Counted from the first letter of the stretch, positions 27,702-37,764 are shown. The stretch is DNA of 47,578 nt from Candidatus Delongbacteria bacterium (GCA_003477045.1 DMTS01000015.1:2837-50414), one strand, 5' to 3'. Numbers and translations are program-made. Notes: generated by a model not told the origin, from the sequence alone.

Positions 27702-30644
27702 ATGAAGAATGTTTTTATGAACAGACCGCTAAAAAACCCCTTATTCTGGACCGGAACAGCTTATCTGCTTTATCTTGCATTCGCATTGTTACTCTTTCCA
27801 TACATTGCCGAAAAGAAAGCGGTAGAGTATGTAAAAACAGAATTCGGGAGAGATCTGGTTGTCGAAAAGATATCATTAAATCCGTTCACTCTTAAGTTAA
27901 CTATAAAAAATCTTTTCTTTCACGAACCTGACGGCGGTATGTTCGTAAAATGGGAGGAATTCAGCATAAATCCCGCATTGTTCCCGCTAATAAAAAAAAC
28001 ATTAGTACTTCAGGATATAAGCCTGACGGCATCAGAGATCAGCATTGTTAAATTGAAAGACGGAACTTTCAATTTCGAGAGTCTGATAAAGCCGGATGAG
28101 GAAAAAAAAACCGAAACTGAAGAAAAAAGCGGTTGGATGATCGTCATAGATAATCTTAGGCTCCACAATGTCGGTATTCTTTTTAGCGACAATACTTATA
28201 ATCCCCGATTCAGCTTAGACCTTCTTAACATTTCGGTTGACACAAAAAATATTGTTTTAGGCGGCCCGGAGGAATCCAAAACAAAACTTAATTTCGACTT
28301 CGATGGAGGAGGCTCGTTCGCTCTTGAAGGTGATTTTGTTATAAGCCCGTTGAACGCGGAATTCAGCATTCATCTGAAAGACCTGAACCTTGCAGCTTTC
28401 AACACAATTTTATCGAGTTCCACCGATCTAAAACTTTCAAGAGGCCTTTTAAATTCCGGAATTAATATTTCGCTCAAGGATAATTTCGATAAGAAAAGAC
28501 CTGATTTCCTGCTTAAAGGCGATATCGAGCTGAAAAACATAGCGCTGAACGATCTTAAAACAGATTCGCTTCTAATCTCATTCGACAGATTTAATACCTC
28601 GATATCCTCACTGACGACCGGTCCTTTAGCGGTAGATGTTTCAGAGATTGGTCTGAAAGGCCTGTATGCAGGCATAAGAAAAAACTACAATGGAAATAAT
28701 AACATTACGGAAGCTATTGAAAAAGATAACAATCCAGCCAAAACTGAGCCCGACTCCTCTATAACCGCTGACACAAAAGAACCCTCTGTTAATCCCGACA
28801 TAATGATCAGAAAAATAATTCTTGAGAACAACAGAGTGTTTTACGAAGACCTTAGCAATCCTGTACCGTTCAGAGAGAATATCAGCTCGCTCAACTGCTT
28901 AGTTGAAAATATTAAACTTTTCAGCTCAGACAGTTCATCTTTCAAACTGGATTTTATAATCGGAGAAAGCGAAGTTAACAGCCTGTCAGGATTTTTCAGG
29001 CATGATCCGCTGTCTGCGGGAGTTCATTCAGTACTCCAGAAGATCGACCTTAGATCAGCCAACTCGTTCTTCCCTGAAAATATAAAGCTGAAATTGAGAT
29101 CTGCAAAATTATCCGCCGACCTGAACACGCTTTATGATTCAGCCGCTAAAACATCACAATTTAGAACCTCCGGAGATATTTTTTTTACAGATTTCTCTTT
29201 CAGAGATTCTACCGGGAACGAGCTTTTAAAATGGAAAGAGATCTCCTTGAACGATTTGAAATTTGAAAATGAACCTCTTAAGTCAAGGATAGCGCTGATC
29301 AAGCTCAAAGACCTTTATTCCGATATAGTTATTTCTAAGAACAAAGAGTTAAACCTCGCAGCCGCATTCGGTGCAGACAGCTCTCAAAAAGATTCGGCAT
29401 CAGTTGATTCCGCACCTCAGGATACTTCTTCTGTTCCTGCTGATAACCCTGACATTATGATTAAAAAAGTCAGTCTCGAGAATAATTCTATCAAGTTCGC
29501 TGACAACAGCCTGCCGCTGCCCTTCGCGACTACGATAGAGAAGATAAACAGTACAATAAGCAACATTGACCTGAAGAGCGGTGAAAGAACGAACATCAAT
29601 TTTAAAGGTATCGCTGATAAGTCCGGAACCGCTTCGATCAGAGGAGATATGTTCGTTATTGACCCTCTGAAAAATTCTCAGATGAACATAAATTTTGACA
29701 AGATCAGTCTGATACAATATTCGCCGTATTCTGCCAAGTATATCGGAAATTATATAAATACAGGCAGCCTCTCCCTGTTCGTAAAATATAACATTCTGAA
29801 TTCAAAACTCACTTCAGAGAACAAGATACTAATAGACAAAGTTTCTTTCGGGAAAGAATTTGACAGCGATGAAAGGATCCACCTTCCTGTCAAGCTCGCT
29901 ATAGCTCTTTTGAAAGACAAGAACGGTCTTATAGATTTTGATATTGAAGTATCGGGCGACCTTTCAGATCCTAAAATAAATACCGGATCCCTTATCTGGC
30001 AGGCATTAAAAAAGGTTCTGATGAATATAGCCGCTTCACCGATCAGATTTCTCGCAAAATCTCTTGGATTGCAGAATTCAGATGACTTCGACTTCATAGA
30101 ATTTGACTTCGGAGAAACTATTCTGAAAGATACTGAAAATAAAAAGCTTGATGATCTTTCAAAAGCATTAAGAGAGAAACCTGACCTTAAATTAAGCGTT
30201 ACAGGCATAGCGAGCAGAAGCTATGACAAAGTTACGATCCAGAACAGAAAATTAAGAAAATTGATTATTACTGAATCGGGAAAACCTTACGATTCATTGA
30301 AAACTTCCGAAAGAAAAGACCTGCTTGAAAAACTGGTCACAAAGCTTGATACGACACAGAACCTTGATTCGCTTAAGCTTAAACACTCGAGGCAGGAAAA
30401 GAAAACTCTAAAGCTTGATACGCTTAAATACAATACCAAACTTTTCGTTATAGCCCGATCTTCTCAGACAACAAGCGACAATGAAATAATAGTTCTCACT
30501 TCAGAAAGGGCTGATGCGATAAAATCAAGGCTTGCCGTAACGGATTCTATACCCGAAGAACAGATCATAATACTGCCCGGCGAAATAATAGATGAAAAGA
30601 GTATTAAAACGATAAGAACAAAACTTTCGATTGATATTATATAA
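27702..30644 (+). CDS. DUF748-domain (AsmA/TamB-like) large envelope protein with an N-terminal membrane anchor
   Basis: The N-terminal TM segment (LFWTGTAYLLYLAFALLLFPYI) is followed by EYVKTEFGRDLVVEKISLNPFTLKLTIKNL, which is typical of DUF748. A second copy lies near NPDIMIKKVSLENNSIKFAD. The C-terminal LTSERADAIKSRLAV is OmpA-C-like. Confidence 0.65.
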   Translation: MKNVFMNRPLKNPLFWTGTAYLLYLAFALLLFPYIAEKKAVEYVKTEFGRDLVVEKISLNPFTLKLTIKNLFFHEPDGGMFVKWEEFSINPALFPLIKKTLVLQDISLTASEISIVKLKDGTFNFESLIKPDEEKKTETEEKSGWMIVIDNLRLHNVGILFSDNTYNPRFSLDLLNISVDTKNIVLGGPEESKTKLNFDFDGGGSFALEGDFVISPLNAEFSIHLKDLNLAAFNTILSSSTDLKLSRGLLNSGINISLKDNFDKKRPDFLLKGDIELKNIALNDLKTDSLLISFDRFNTSISSLTTGPLAVDVSEIGLKGLYAGIRKNYNGNNNITEAIEKDNNPAKTEPDSSITADTKEPSVNPDIMIRKIILENNRVFYEDLSNPVPFRENISSLNCLVENIKLFSSDSSSFKLDFIIGESEVNSLSGFFRHDPLSAGVHSVLQKIDLRSANSFFPENIKLKLRSAKLSADLNTLYDSAAKTSQFRTSGDIFFTDFSFRDSTGNELLKWKEISLNDLKFENEPLKSRIALIKLKDLYSDIVISKNKELNLAAAFGADSSQKDSASVDSAPQDTSSVPADNPDIMIKKVSLENNSIKFADNSLPLPFATTIEKINSTISNIDLKSGERTNINFKGIADKSGTASIRGDMFVIDPLKNSQMNINFDKISLIQYSPYSAKYIGNYINTGSLSLFVKYNILNSKLTSENKILIDKVSFGKEFDSDERIHLPVKLAIALLKDKNGLIDFDIEVSGDLSDPKINTGSLIWQALKKVLMNIAASPIRFLAKSLGLQNSDDFDFIEFDFGETILKDTENKKLDDLSKALREKPDLKLSVTGIASRSYDKVTIQNRKLRKLIITESGKPYDSLKTSERKDLLEKLVTKLDTTQNLDSLKLKHSRQEKKTLKLDTLKYNTKLFVIARSSQTTSDNEIIVLTSERADAIKSRLAVTDSIPEEQIIILPGEIIDEKSIKTIRTKLSIDII

Positions 30645-30660
30645 AGCAAAGGAGATTCAG

Positions 30661-33600
30661 ATGAAGAACCACGGTTATTATAGGTTTCCTTCAGTCAGAA
30701 ACGGCGAAGTTGTATTCGTAAGTGAAGACGACTTGTGGAAAGTTCCGCTGAACGGCGGAGCGGCAGTGCGCATCACAGCCAATACGGCTCCGGCAGTATC
30801 TCCGAAGATATCTCCGGACGGAAAATTCCTGGCATTTAGCTCTCTGGAAGAGGGAATGCCTGAAGTTTTTATTAAATCCACAGACGGAAGCGGACAGAAA
30901 AGGCTGACATTTCTCGGAGCCCGTTCTAATGCCCTCGGATGGTCAGGCGACAGTAAATACATATATTTTGCAAGCAGTTTTGATCAGCCCTACGATTCAA
31001 GCATATATAAAATATCCAGAGACGGCGGACAGGAAGAAAAAGTTCCTGTAGGATACGCAAACCAGATCTCATTCGGGAAAAAGGGAACGGTCATAGCCCG
31101 TCATGCTCCTGATCCTGCAAGATGGAAAAGATACAGGGGCGGTACGGCCGGTGAAATATGGCTGGATGAGAAAGACAACGGCGAATTTAAACAGATACTG
31201 AAAGAGCTTAAGTCAAATCTCGCATGCCCGATGTGGATAAATGAAAGGATCTATTTTATTTCCGACCACGAAGGTATCGGAAACATTTATTCATGTGATC
31301 TGAAAGGAAAAAATGTTAAGAGACATTCGCATCACAATGAATACTATGCAAGGTATGCCGATACCGACGGAAAAACTATAGTTTATCATTCTGGAGCTGA
31401 CCTATATAAGATAGATGTCGCAAAAGATAAATGCGAGATGATAAAAGTCGATTATATAAGTTCGCATACTCAGATCAGCAGAAAGTTCATAGATGCGCAT
31501 CAGTACCTTGAACGGTATGATGTCTGCCCTAAGGGAACCCATATCGCTGTTGCCTCAAGAGGCAAGATCGTTTCTTTAGCGAATTGGACAGGAGCGGTTA
31601 AACAGGCCGGAAAAAAAGACGGGGTCAGATACAGAATTCCTGCATGGCTGAATGACAGTAAAAGATATATAGCTGTTTCTGATGAAACTGAAGGCGAGGA
31701 TAGACTGATCATCGTTGATTCCGAGACCGGAAAGGAAACACTCTTAAAGAATATCGTTCTGGGAAGGGTCAGAGATATATTCCCTTCGCCAAAGACTGAT
31801 CATGTGATAGTTACGAACCATAAGAACGATATGATCCTGGTGGACTATAAAAAGAATACTTCCAAACTCCTTGATCACAGTGAAAACCACAGGATATTCA
31901 ATGTAAGCTGGAGCCCTGATGGAAAATGGGCTTCTTATGATTTTTTGAAAACTATGGAAAATGCATTAATTAAAGTAGTTGAAATAGCTAGCTGCAAAAC
32001 TCACGAAATAACAAAACCGGTAAAACATGACATGTCACCGGTTTTCTCTTCTGACGGAAAATACATTTTCTTCGTGGGAGCAAGGGTTTTTTACCCTGTG
32101 AACGATGCGCTCCAGTTCGAGCTGAGTTTTGTTAAGTCTGAGAAATTATATGCGATACCTCTCGCTAAAGAAACGAGATCTCCTTTTGAACCGGAGCCTA
32201 AATCCCCAGCCGGAGATCAGCCTCCGGAAGAAGATGATAAAAAGAAAAAGGATAAAGACAAAAAAGAAAAACTGACGGTAAAAATTGATTTTGAAGGAAT
32301 AGAAAAAAGAGTTGTAGAATTCCCCGTCGCGGCAGGAAACTATCAGCTGGTCGGATCATATAAAAACCAGGTTCTTTATACAGAATACCCCCGAGACTGC
32401 GTGGACACAGGCGGGGATAACGACTGGGGGGAAGGAAAACCCGAAGCTAATTTGAAAGTGTTCAATTTTGATGACATGAAAGAAGAAACGGTCATCTCGG
32501 GAATTTCTGATTTTAAGCTCAGCCTGATCGGCGATACGATGATCGTCCGTAAGGGAAAAGATCTGAGCGTTTATAAAACAGGCGCAAAACCTGATGACAA
32601 AGCCAAAAATAAATTCTCGGTTCAGGGTGGCGACATCGATCTATCTAGAATTAAAATAGGCATTATTCCCAGAGAGGAATGGAAGCAGATGTACCGCGAA
32701 GCATGGCTTTTACAGAGAGAGCATTTCTGGACTGAGGATATGAGTAAGATCGACTGGGTAAGAGTCTTTAAAAGATACTATCCGCTGACTGACAGAGTAG
32801 GCAGTAGAGGCGAATTCTCCGATCTTGTCTGGGAAATGCAGGGAGAACTTGGAACTTCACACTGCTACGAATTCATGGGTGATTACAGAAGATCGAACCA
32901 GTATCCGATGGGGAAACTGGGCTGCCGGTATAAACTTTCTGCTGACGGAAAATCTTATATTTTTGAAAATATCATGTATGGCGAATCCGGTGAAAGACAC
33001 GAAATTTCGCCTCTTCTTGCTCCCGGAGTCAATCTTAAGAACGGAGACCTGCTTCTCGCGGTCAACGGCACAGCGGTCAATAAAACTGTTCATCCTAGAG
33101 AACTGCTGGTCAACTATCCCGATCAGGAAGTATGCCTGACAGTTAAGAGAAAAGGTGAAAAAGAAGCCAAAGACACCGTCGTAAAGACTCTCAGCTTCGA
33201 ATCTAAGCTGCTTTACAGGAACTGGGTTGAAAAAAACAGGGATTTTGTGCATAAAGCAGGTAAGGGGAAAATAGGTTATATTCATATTCCGAATATGGGT
33301 AATGACGGATTCGCGGAATTCCACAGAACGTATCTATCCGAATTCCAGTTTGACGGGCTTATAGTTGATGTCAGATACAACGGCGGAGGATATGTTTCGC
33401 AGCTGCTGCTTGAAAAACTGAACAGAAAGATCATCGGCTATGACACAATACGCTGGTCAAAAGATGCCGCAACTTATCCTTCAGAAGCGGTTCACGGCCC
33501 GATCGTGGCTCTGACAAATGAATTTGCCGGATCTGACGGTGATATCTTCAGCCACTCTTTCAAACTGATGAAGATCGGTAAACTTCTCGGAAAAAGAACC

Positions 33601-33888
33601 TGGGGTGGAGTTATCGGTATAAACGGTCAGTACTCTCTTGTCGATGGTACTATCACCACTCAGCCTGAGTACTCTTTCTGGTTCAAGGATGTTCAGTGGG
33701 GAGTTGAAAATTACGGGACTGATCCCGATATTGAAATTGACAACACTCCAATGGACTATGTGAAAGGTAAAGATAATCAGCTTGAAAAGGCATTAGCGTT
33801 CGCTTTGGAGGAATTACGGAAAAAACCTGTCGTCAAACCGAAATTTGACAAAAGGCCGAATCTGGCTCTACCGAAGCTTCCTAAATAA
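30661..33888 (+). CDS. Tricorn protease homolog (peptidase S41B)
   Basis: YYRFPSVRNGEVVFVSEDDLWKVPLNGG...SPDGKFLAFSS marks the beta-propeller N-terminus. ELGTSHCY and NEFAGSDGDIFS are the catalytic regions. ATG 30661 follows AAGGAG. Confidence 0.85.
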   Translation: MKNHGYYRFPSVRNGEVVFVSEDDLWKVPLNGGAAVRITANTAPAVSPKISPDGKFLAFSSLEEGMPEVFIKSTDGSGQKRLTFLGARSNALGWSGDSKYIYFASSFDQPYDSSIYKISRDGGQEEKVPVGYANQISFGKKGTVIARHAPDPARWKRYRGGTAGEIWLDEKDNGEFKQILKELKSNLACPMWINERIYFISDHEGIGNIYSCDLKGKNVKRHSHHNEYYARYADTDGKTIVYHSGADLYKIDVAKDKCEMIKVDYISSHTQISRKFIDAHQYLERYDVCPKGTHIAVASRGKIVSLANWTGAVKQAGKKDGVRYRIPAWLNDSKRYIAVSDETEGEDRLIIVDSETGKETLLKNIVLGRVRDIFPSPKTDHVIVTNHKNDMILVDYKKNTSKLLDHSENHRIFNVSWSPDGKWASYDFLKTMENALIKVVEIASCKTHEITKPVKHDMSPVFSSDGKYIFFVGARVFYPVNDALQFELSFVKSEKLYAIPLAKETRSPFEPEPKSPAGDQPPEEDDKKKKDKDKKEKLTVKIDFEGIEKRVVEFPVAAGNYQLVGSYKNQVLYTEYPRDCVDTGGDNDWGEGKPEANLKVFNFDDMKEETVISGISDFKLSLIGDTMIVRKGKDLSVYKTGAKPDDKAKNKFSVQGGDIDLSRIKIGIIPREEWKQMYREAWLLQREHFWTEDMSKIDWVRVFKRYYPLTDRVGSRGEFSDLVWEMQGELGTSHCYEFMGDYRRSNQYPMGKLGCRYKLSADGKSYIFENIMYGESGERHEISPLLAPGVNLKNGDLLLAVNGTAVNKTVHPRELLVNYPDQEVCLTVKRKGEKEAKDTVVKTLSFESKLLYRNWVEKNRDFVHKAGKGKIGYIHIPNMGNDGFAEFHRTYLSEFQFDGLIVDVRYNGGGYVSQLLLEKLNRKIIGYDTIRWSKDAATYPSEAVHGPIVALTNEFAGSDGDIFSHSFKLMKIGKLLGKRTWGGVIGINGQYSLVDGTITTQPEYSFWFKDVQWGVENYGTDPDIEIDNTPMDYVKGKDNQLEKALAFALEELRKKPVVKPKFDKRPNLALPKLPK

Positions 33889-33911
33889 GAATAATTTTAA
33901 AGGAGCCTGAT

Positions 33912-34412
33912 ATGAGAATATTATTATTTTTGACGCTTATAGCTGTTTCTGCAGCTCTTTTCAGTTCCGGAATGATAAAAGGAAATGTTATCAACTTTGA
34001 GAATACTCCCATGGCTGAAGCAAACATCACTCTTTCCGGGACGACCTTAGGTTCCGCTACGAACGATGCAGGTAATTATATTATTAAAAATGTGCCTGAA
34101 GGTACCTATACGGTCAACTGCTCTTTCATCGGGCATAACGATGTTTCGCTCAAAGGGGTTATCGTCGAGACAGACTCGGTCAAAGTGGTTGATTTTCTTC
34201 TTTTCCCTTTAGAATATCAGATGGATGAGATCGCAGTGGAACAGGATGAAGAGGACATAAACAGCCTGTTATATTTCAGGGATCTGGCATTCATCGAGAT
34301 GGTCAGAGAATACAACATTCCGTCACCAGAAATGAAAGGAAAGATCGATGTTAGAACAAAGCCCGGTTTCTGGGAAATGTTCAGGTATTACATATACAGG
34401 ATATTTAATTAA
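33912..34412 (+). CDS. Secreted carboxypeptidase-regulatory-like (CarboxypepD_reg) domain protein
   Basis: A signal peptide is followed by GMIKGNVINFENTPMAEANITLSGTTLGSATNDAGNYIIKNVPEGTYTVNCSFIGH. Confidence 0.7.
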   Translation: MRILLFLTLIAVSAALFSSGMIKGNVINFENTPMAEANITLSGTTLGSATNDAGNYIIKNVPEGTYTVNCSFIGHNDVSLKGVIVETDSVKVVDFLLFPLEYQMDEIAVEQDEEDINSLLYFRDLAFIEMVREYNIPSPEMKGKIDVRTKPGFWEMFRYYIYRIFN

Positions 34413-34413
34413 C

Positions 34414-35871
34414 ATGCGTCATTTATTGCTAATAATCTCTGCTGCATTATTTCTTTTATCCTGCTCAGGTTCAAATGAAATGGCAAAGGAAACCCGTACT
34501 CCTTACGATCCTGTCAAGTTAAGAATTAAAGATATTGATATTTGCAGCCTTCCTGCCGAGCTGACGGTGCTTTCGGATCCGAGAAGCGGTTTATGGTCGG
34601 TTGAATTTTATGACCTCGACAGAAAAGAAACTTTGTTTGAATACAATAAAAATAAAAATCTTCTTCCCGCCTCCAATCTCAAGATAGTTACAACAGCCGC
34701 TGCGTTGAAAGTACTCGGTACGGATTACAGGTTCGAGACTGAATTTCTCACTGACGGATATATAGATAGAGACCTTAAAACTCTGTTCGGAAATCTTTAT
34801 GTTAGAGGCTCCGGAGATCCTACTTTCAATCCGGGAGATTTTAAACAGATAGCTGATTCCTTAAAAATTTCAAAAGGCATTGATTTCATCGAGGGTGAAA
34901 TTAAGATACTGACCCCGTTCAAGCAGGAGGAAGCTTACGGTAAAAGCTGGGACATAGACGATATCCCGTACTATTTTTCAGCAGTGATATCGCCGATCAC
35001 TTTAAGCGAGAATCTGTCAAAGATCGTCATCAATAAAGGAAATATTGAGATCAGCCCGTATTATCCGTTCACATTCGGTCTTGACACAGTCCCGGAAATG
35101 AGCGATCCGAGTTTTTACAGGCTTCCCGGCACAGATTCTGTTGTAGTCAAATCTGACTTCAAGAAAAAGATAACGGGTTTCATCACGGTCAGAGATCCTG
35201 ACATTATGTTTAAAAACAGTCTTATAAAACATTTCGCAAAAAGCAATATAACTTTCAATAACCAAAGTATCGTCTCCTCAGATACGACTAGATATCCGTT
35301 TTACACGCATTACAGCGACAGCCTTTATAAGCTGATAGATAAATGCAACGGGGAAAGCAACAATCTGTACGCCGAGCAGGTTTTCAGGGAAGTAGCTGAA
35401 GTATTTGCCAAAGATACGGCATTGACAGACTCGCTTGAGAACATACCTGCCACATACAACAATCTTGTCAGAATAAATTCAGACCTTTATTCACGCATCT
35501 TCGGGATAAACAATTTTACGATCAGCGACGGAAGCGGTCTATCAAGGCAGAATCTGTTTTCCGCCAATAAATTTGTCAAAGTTCTCTCTGCCATGTATGA
35601 AGACCCTGATTTCGTAACATACCTTTCATCTCTTCCCCAGCCCGGGAACGAAGGTACGCTAAAGAACAGGTTCAAGGACAAAGACCTGCAGAACAGGGTT
35701 TTCGCTAAAACAGGCGCACTTACCAGCATAAACTGCATATCCGGGTATATTTTGACGAAGAACAATCACAGGCTGGCTTTCTCTATAATGAATAATTTTT
35801 ATAATTTCGGTAGATCGAAAACGAACGAGTATCTTGAAGATATCCTTGTTTACTTCTCAAACAATTTCTGA
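34414..35871 (+). CDS. dacB: D-alanyl-D-alanine carboxypeptidase/endopeptidase PBP4 (peptidase S13), probable lipoprotein
   Basis: SxxK (PASNLK), DGSGLSRQN and KTG (AKTGALT) motifs are present. I prefer ATG 34414, which gives MRHLLLIISAALFLLSCSG with a lipobox. The ORF-track start at 34348 overlaps the previous gene. Confidence 0.8.
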   Translation: MRHLLLIISAALFLLSCSGSNEMAKETRTPYDPVKLRIKDIDICSLPAELTVLSDPRSGLWSVEFYDLDRKETLFEYNKNKNLLPASNLKIVTTAAALKVLGTDYRFETEFLTDGYIDRDLKTLFGNLYVRGSGDPTFNPGDFKQIADSLKISKGIDFIEGEIKILTPFKQEEAYGKSWDIDDIPYYFSAVISPITLSENLSKIVINKGNIEISPYYPFTFGLDTVPEMSDPSFYRLPGTDSVVVKSDFKKKITGFITVRDPDIMFKNSLIKHFAKSNITFNNQSIVSSDTTRYPFYTHYSDSLYKLIDKCNGESNNLYAEQVFREVAEVFAKDTALTDSLENIPATYNNLVRINSDLYSRIFGINNFTISDGSGLSRQNLFSANKFVKVLSAMYEDPDFVTYLSSLPQPGNEGTLKNRFKDKDLQNRVFAKTGALTSINCISGYILTKNNHRLAFSIMNNFYNFGRSKTNEYLEDILVYFSNNF

Positions 35872-35879
35872 GGTGATAT

Positions 35880-37052
35880 ATGCTGAATTTTACAATGTCG
35901 CTGCCCACTGAAGTTTTCTTCGGGCGGGATATGATCAACAACCTGCCGGAATATATTAAAAAGCACGGCGGAAGCAGAATCCTTCTAGCTTATGGGGGCG
36001 GCAGCATAAATAATAACGGGATCCATGAAAAGATCACATCGCTGTTAAATCAGAACGGAATATTTTTCAAAGAGCTTTCAGGGATAAAACCTAATCCGAG
36101 AGTATCAAGCGTCCGCGAAGGAATCAAGATCATCAGAGAGAACGATCTCGATTTTATTCTCGCGGCAGGCGGAGGCAGCGTGATAGATGCATGCAAAGGT
36201 ATCGCTGCAGGGTGGACTTATGACGGTGATCCTTGGGACTTTTACTTAAGAAAAACCAGTCTTGATAAGAAGCCGCTGCCGGTCGGGGTTATCCTGACTC
36301 TCGCCGCTACAGGATCGGAAACGAACTGGGGTTCGGTAATTTCAGACGATATCACTGAAAGGAAACTTCCTTTCAGGCATGAAATGCTGAAGCCTAAATT
36401 CGCAGTCCTTGACCCGACCTATACTTTCAGCGTTCCGAAATATCACACCGCCGCCGGATTAGTGGATATAATGGCTCATGTTTTCGAGCAGTATTTCAGC
36501 CCGACACAGGACGCTTACCTTTCGGACAGGATGGCTGAAGCGATAATGAAAACAGTTGTTCATTACGCGCCTAAGGTCATAGAGTGTCCTGAAGATTATG
36601 AAGCCCGCGCCAACATACTTTTCGCAGGTACTCTCGCTCTGAATCAGCTGCTTTCTTACGGAAAGACAACCGACTGGGCTACGCATATGATAGAGCACGA
36701 AGTCAGCGCGGTTTACGACATCAGCCACGGTGCGGGACTGGCTGTACTCTTCCCCAATTGGATGAAATATGTCTTAAACGAAGAAAATCAGCCTAAATTC
36801 ATAGAATTCGCTAAAAATGTGTGGGTTGTAAATACGAGAGGAAAAGAGCCTTTGGATATAGCTCTGGAAGGAATTGAGAGAACGAAAGAGTTCTTCGATT
36901 TTCTCGGGATGCCCTCTTCTCTGTCTGAATTTAAAATAGACAGTTCAAGGCTTGAAGAAATGGCGGAAAAAGCTGTTGTCTTCGGCGAGCTTGGCACTTT
37001 CAGAAAGCTCGGAAAAGAAGATGTGTTGGGAATATTAAAGATGAGTTTATAG
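35880..37052 (+). CDS. Iron-containing alcohol dehydrogenase (YqhD/BdhA-like)
   Basis: GGGSVIDACKGIA and the metal-binding His cluster HMIEHEVSAVYDISHGAGLA are present. The protein is 390 aa. Confidence 0.85.
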   Translation: MLNFTMSLPTEVFFGRDMINNLPEYIKKHGGSRILLAYGGGSINNNGIHEKITSLLNQNGIFFKELSGIKPNPRVSSVREGIKIIRENDLDFILAAGGGSVIDACKGIAAGWTYDGDPWDFYLRKTSLDKKPLPVGVILTLAATGSETNWGSVISDDITERKLPFRHEMLKPKFAVLDPTYTFSVPKYHTAAGLVDIMAHVFEQYFSPTQDAYLSDRMAEAIMKTVVHYAPKVIECPEDYEARANILFAGTLALNQLLSYGKTTDWATHMIEHEVSAVYDISHGAGLAVLFPNWMKYVLNEENQPKFIEFAKNVWVVNTRGKEPLDIALEGIERTKEFFDFLGMPSSLSEFKIDSSRLEEMAEKAVVFGELGTFRKLGKEDVLGILKMSL

Positions 37053-37074
37053 CATATTACTAATAAAGATACAC

Positions 37075-37103
37075 TTGACAAACATACTTTATGTATATAT
37101 ATT
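37075..37103 (+). promoter_or_regulatory. Sigma70-like promoter with AT palindromes upstream of the toxin-antitoxin pair
   Basis: TTGACA (37075-37080), a 17-nt spacer, then TATATT (37098-37103). GTATATA occurs twice (37093-37099, 37106-37112), and the second copy is part of the perfect palindrome GTATATAC. AAAGGAGG is the SD before ATG 37129. Confidence 0.5.
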
Positions 37104-37128
37104 TCGTATATACTAAAAGGAGGTAATA

Positions 37129-37359
37129 ATGAAAACTCTTTCTCTAAAAATCGAAGATGCGATCCTAGAAGAAACGAATAAAATTCTTGAAAGCTTGAAG
37201 AAACCCAGAAACAGATACATAAACGAGGCAGTCGAAAATTACAACAAGATTCAGAAAAGAGCTTTGATCACGAAAATGCTGGCTAACGAATCTAAGCTTG
37301 TAAGAAAAGAATCTCTCCATGTATTAAAAGAATTCGAGGACATAAATGATGAAGATTAA
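37129..37359 (+). CDS. Ribbon-helix-helix (CopG-like) antitoxin
   Basis: A 76-aa protein with LSLKIEDAILEETNKILESL...RNRYINEAVENY (RHH pattern) and an acidic C-terminus. It overlaps the toxin gene by 14 nt. Confidence 0.7.
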   Translation: MKTLSLKIEDAILEETNKILESLKKPRNRYINEAVENYNKIQKRALITKMLANESKLVRKESLHVLKEFEDINDED

Positions 37360-37696
37360 TCAGTTCGAGATATGGGTAGCAGATTTAAGTCCGCAAATAG
37401 GTACAGAACCGGGCAAAACGAGACCTGTTGTCATTGTACAAACCGACCTTTTGAACAAAATTCCTCATCCGTCAACGATCATTTGTCCCATAACTACTAA
37501 AGTTGAAACAAAATCTGAAATTTTACGAATCCATTTAAAAAAAGGCGAAGGAAATGTTCTTCAGGACTGCGACATTATGATGGATCAGTTAAGGGCAATA
37601 GATAATAAAAGGCTGGTCAGAAAAGTCGGAGATATTCCTCAGGAACTGATACCGGTAGTAAAAAATAATATTAGAATCATTCTGGATATAGAATAA
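37346..37696 (+). CDS. mazF: MazF/PemK-family type II toxin (mRNA interferase)
   Basis: FEIWVADLSPQIGTEPGKTRPVVIVQTDLLN...ICPITT is the PemK/MazF signature. The protein is 116 aa. Confidence 0.85.
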   Translation: MMKINQFEIWVADLSPQIGTEPGKTRPVVIVQTDLLNKIPHPSTIICPITTKVETKSEILRIHLKKGEGNVLQDCDIMMDQLRAIDNKRLVRKVGDIPQELIPVVKNNIRIILDIE

Positions 37697-37700
37697 TTGA

Positions 37701-37728
37701 CTGAGAATTTATGCATAAATTACCTCAG
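37701..37728. repeat. Imperfect 28-nt palindrome immediately after mazF
   Basis: CTGAGAATTTATGCATAAATTACCTCAG has a perfect 16-nt core palindrome, AATTTATGCATAAATT. No T-run follows it. Confidence 0.5.
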
Positions 37729-37764
37729 CATCAAAAGTTAGGATTCTGTGTAAGGAAACCGGTT

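Noticed and set aside
27635-27895. 86-aa ORF overlapping the start of the DUF748 gene
   Set aside because: It is out of frame with, and largely inside, the well-supported 980-aa gene, and it begins in the AT-rich promoter region. It has no SD.
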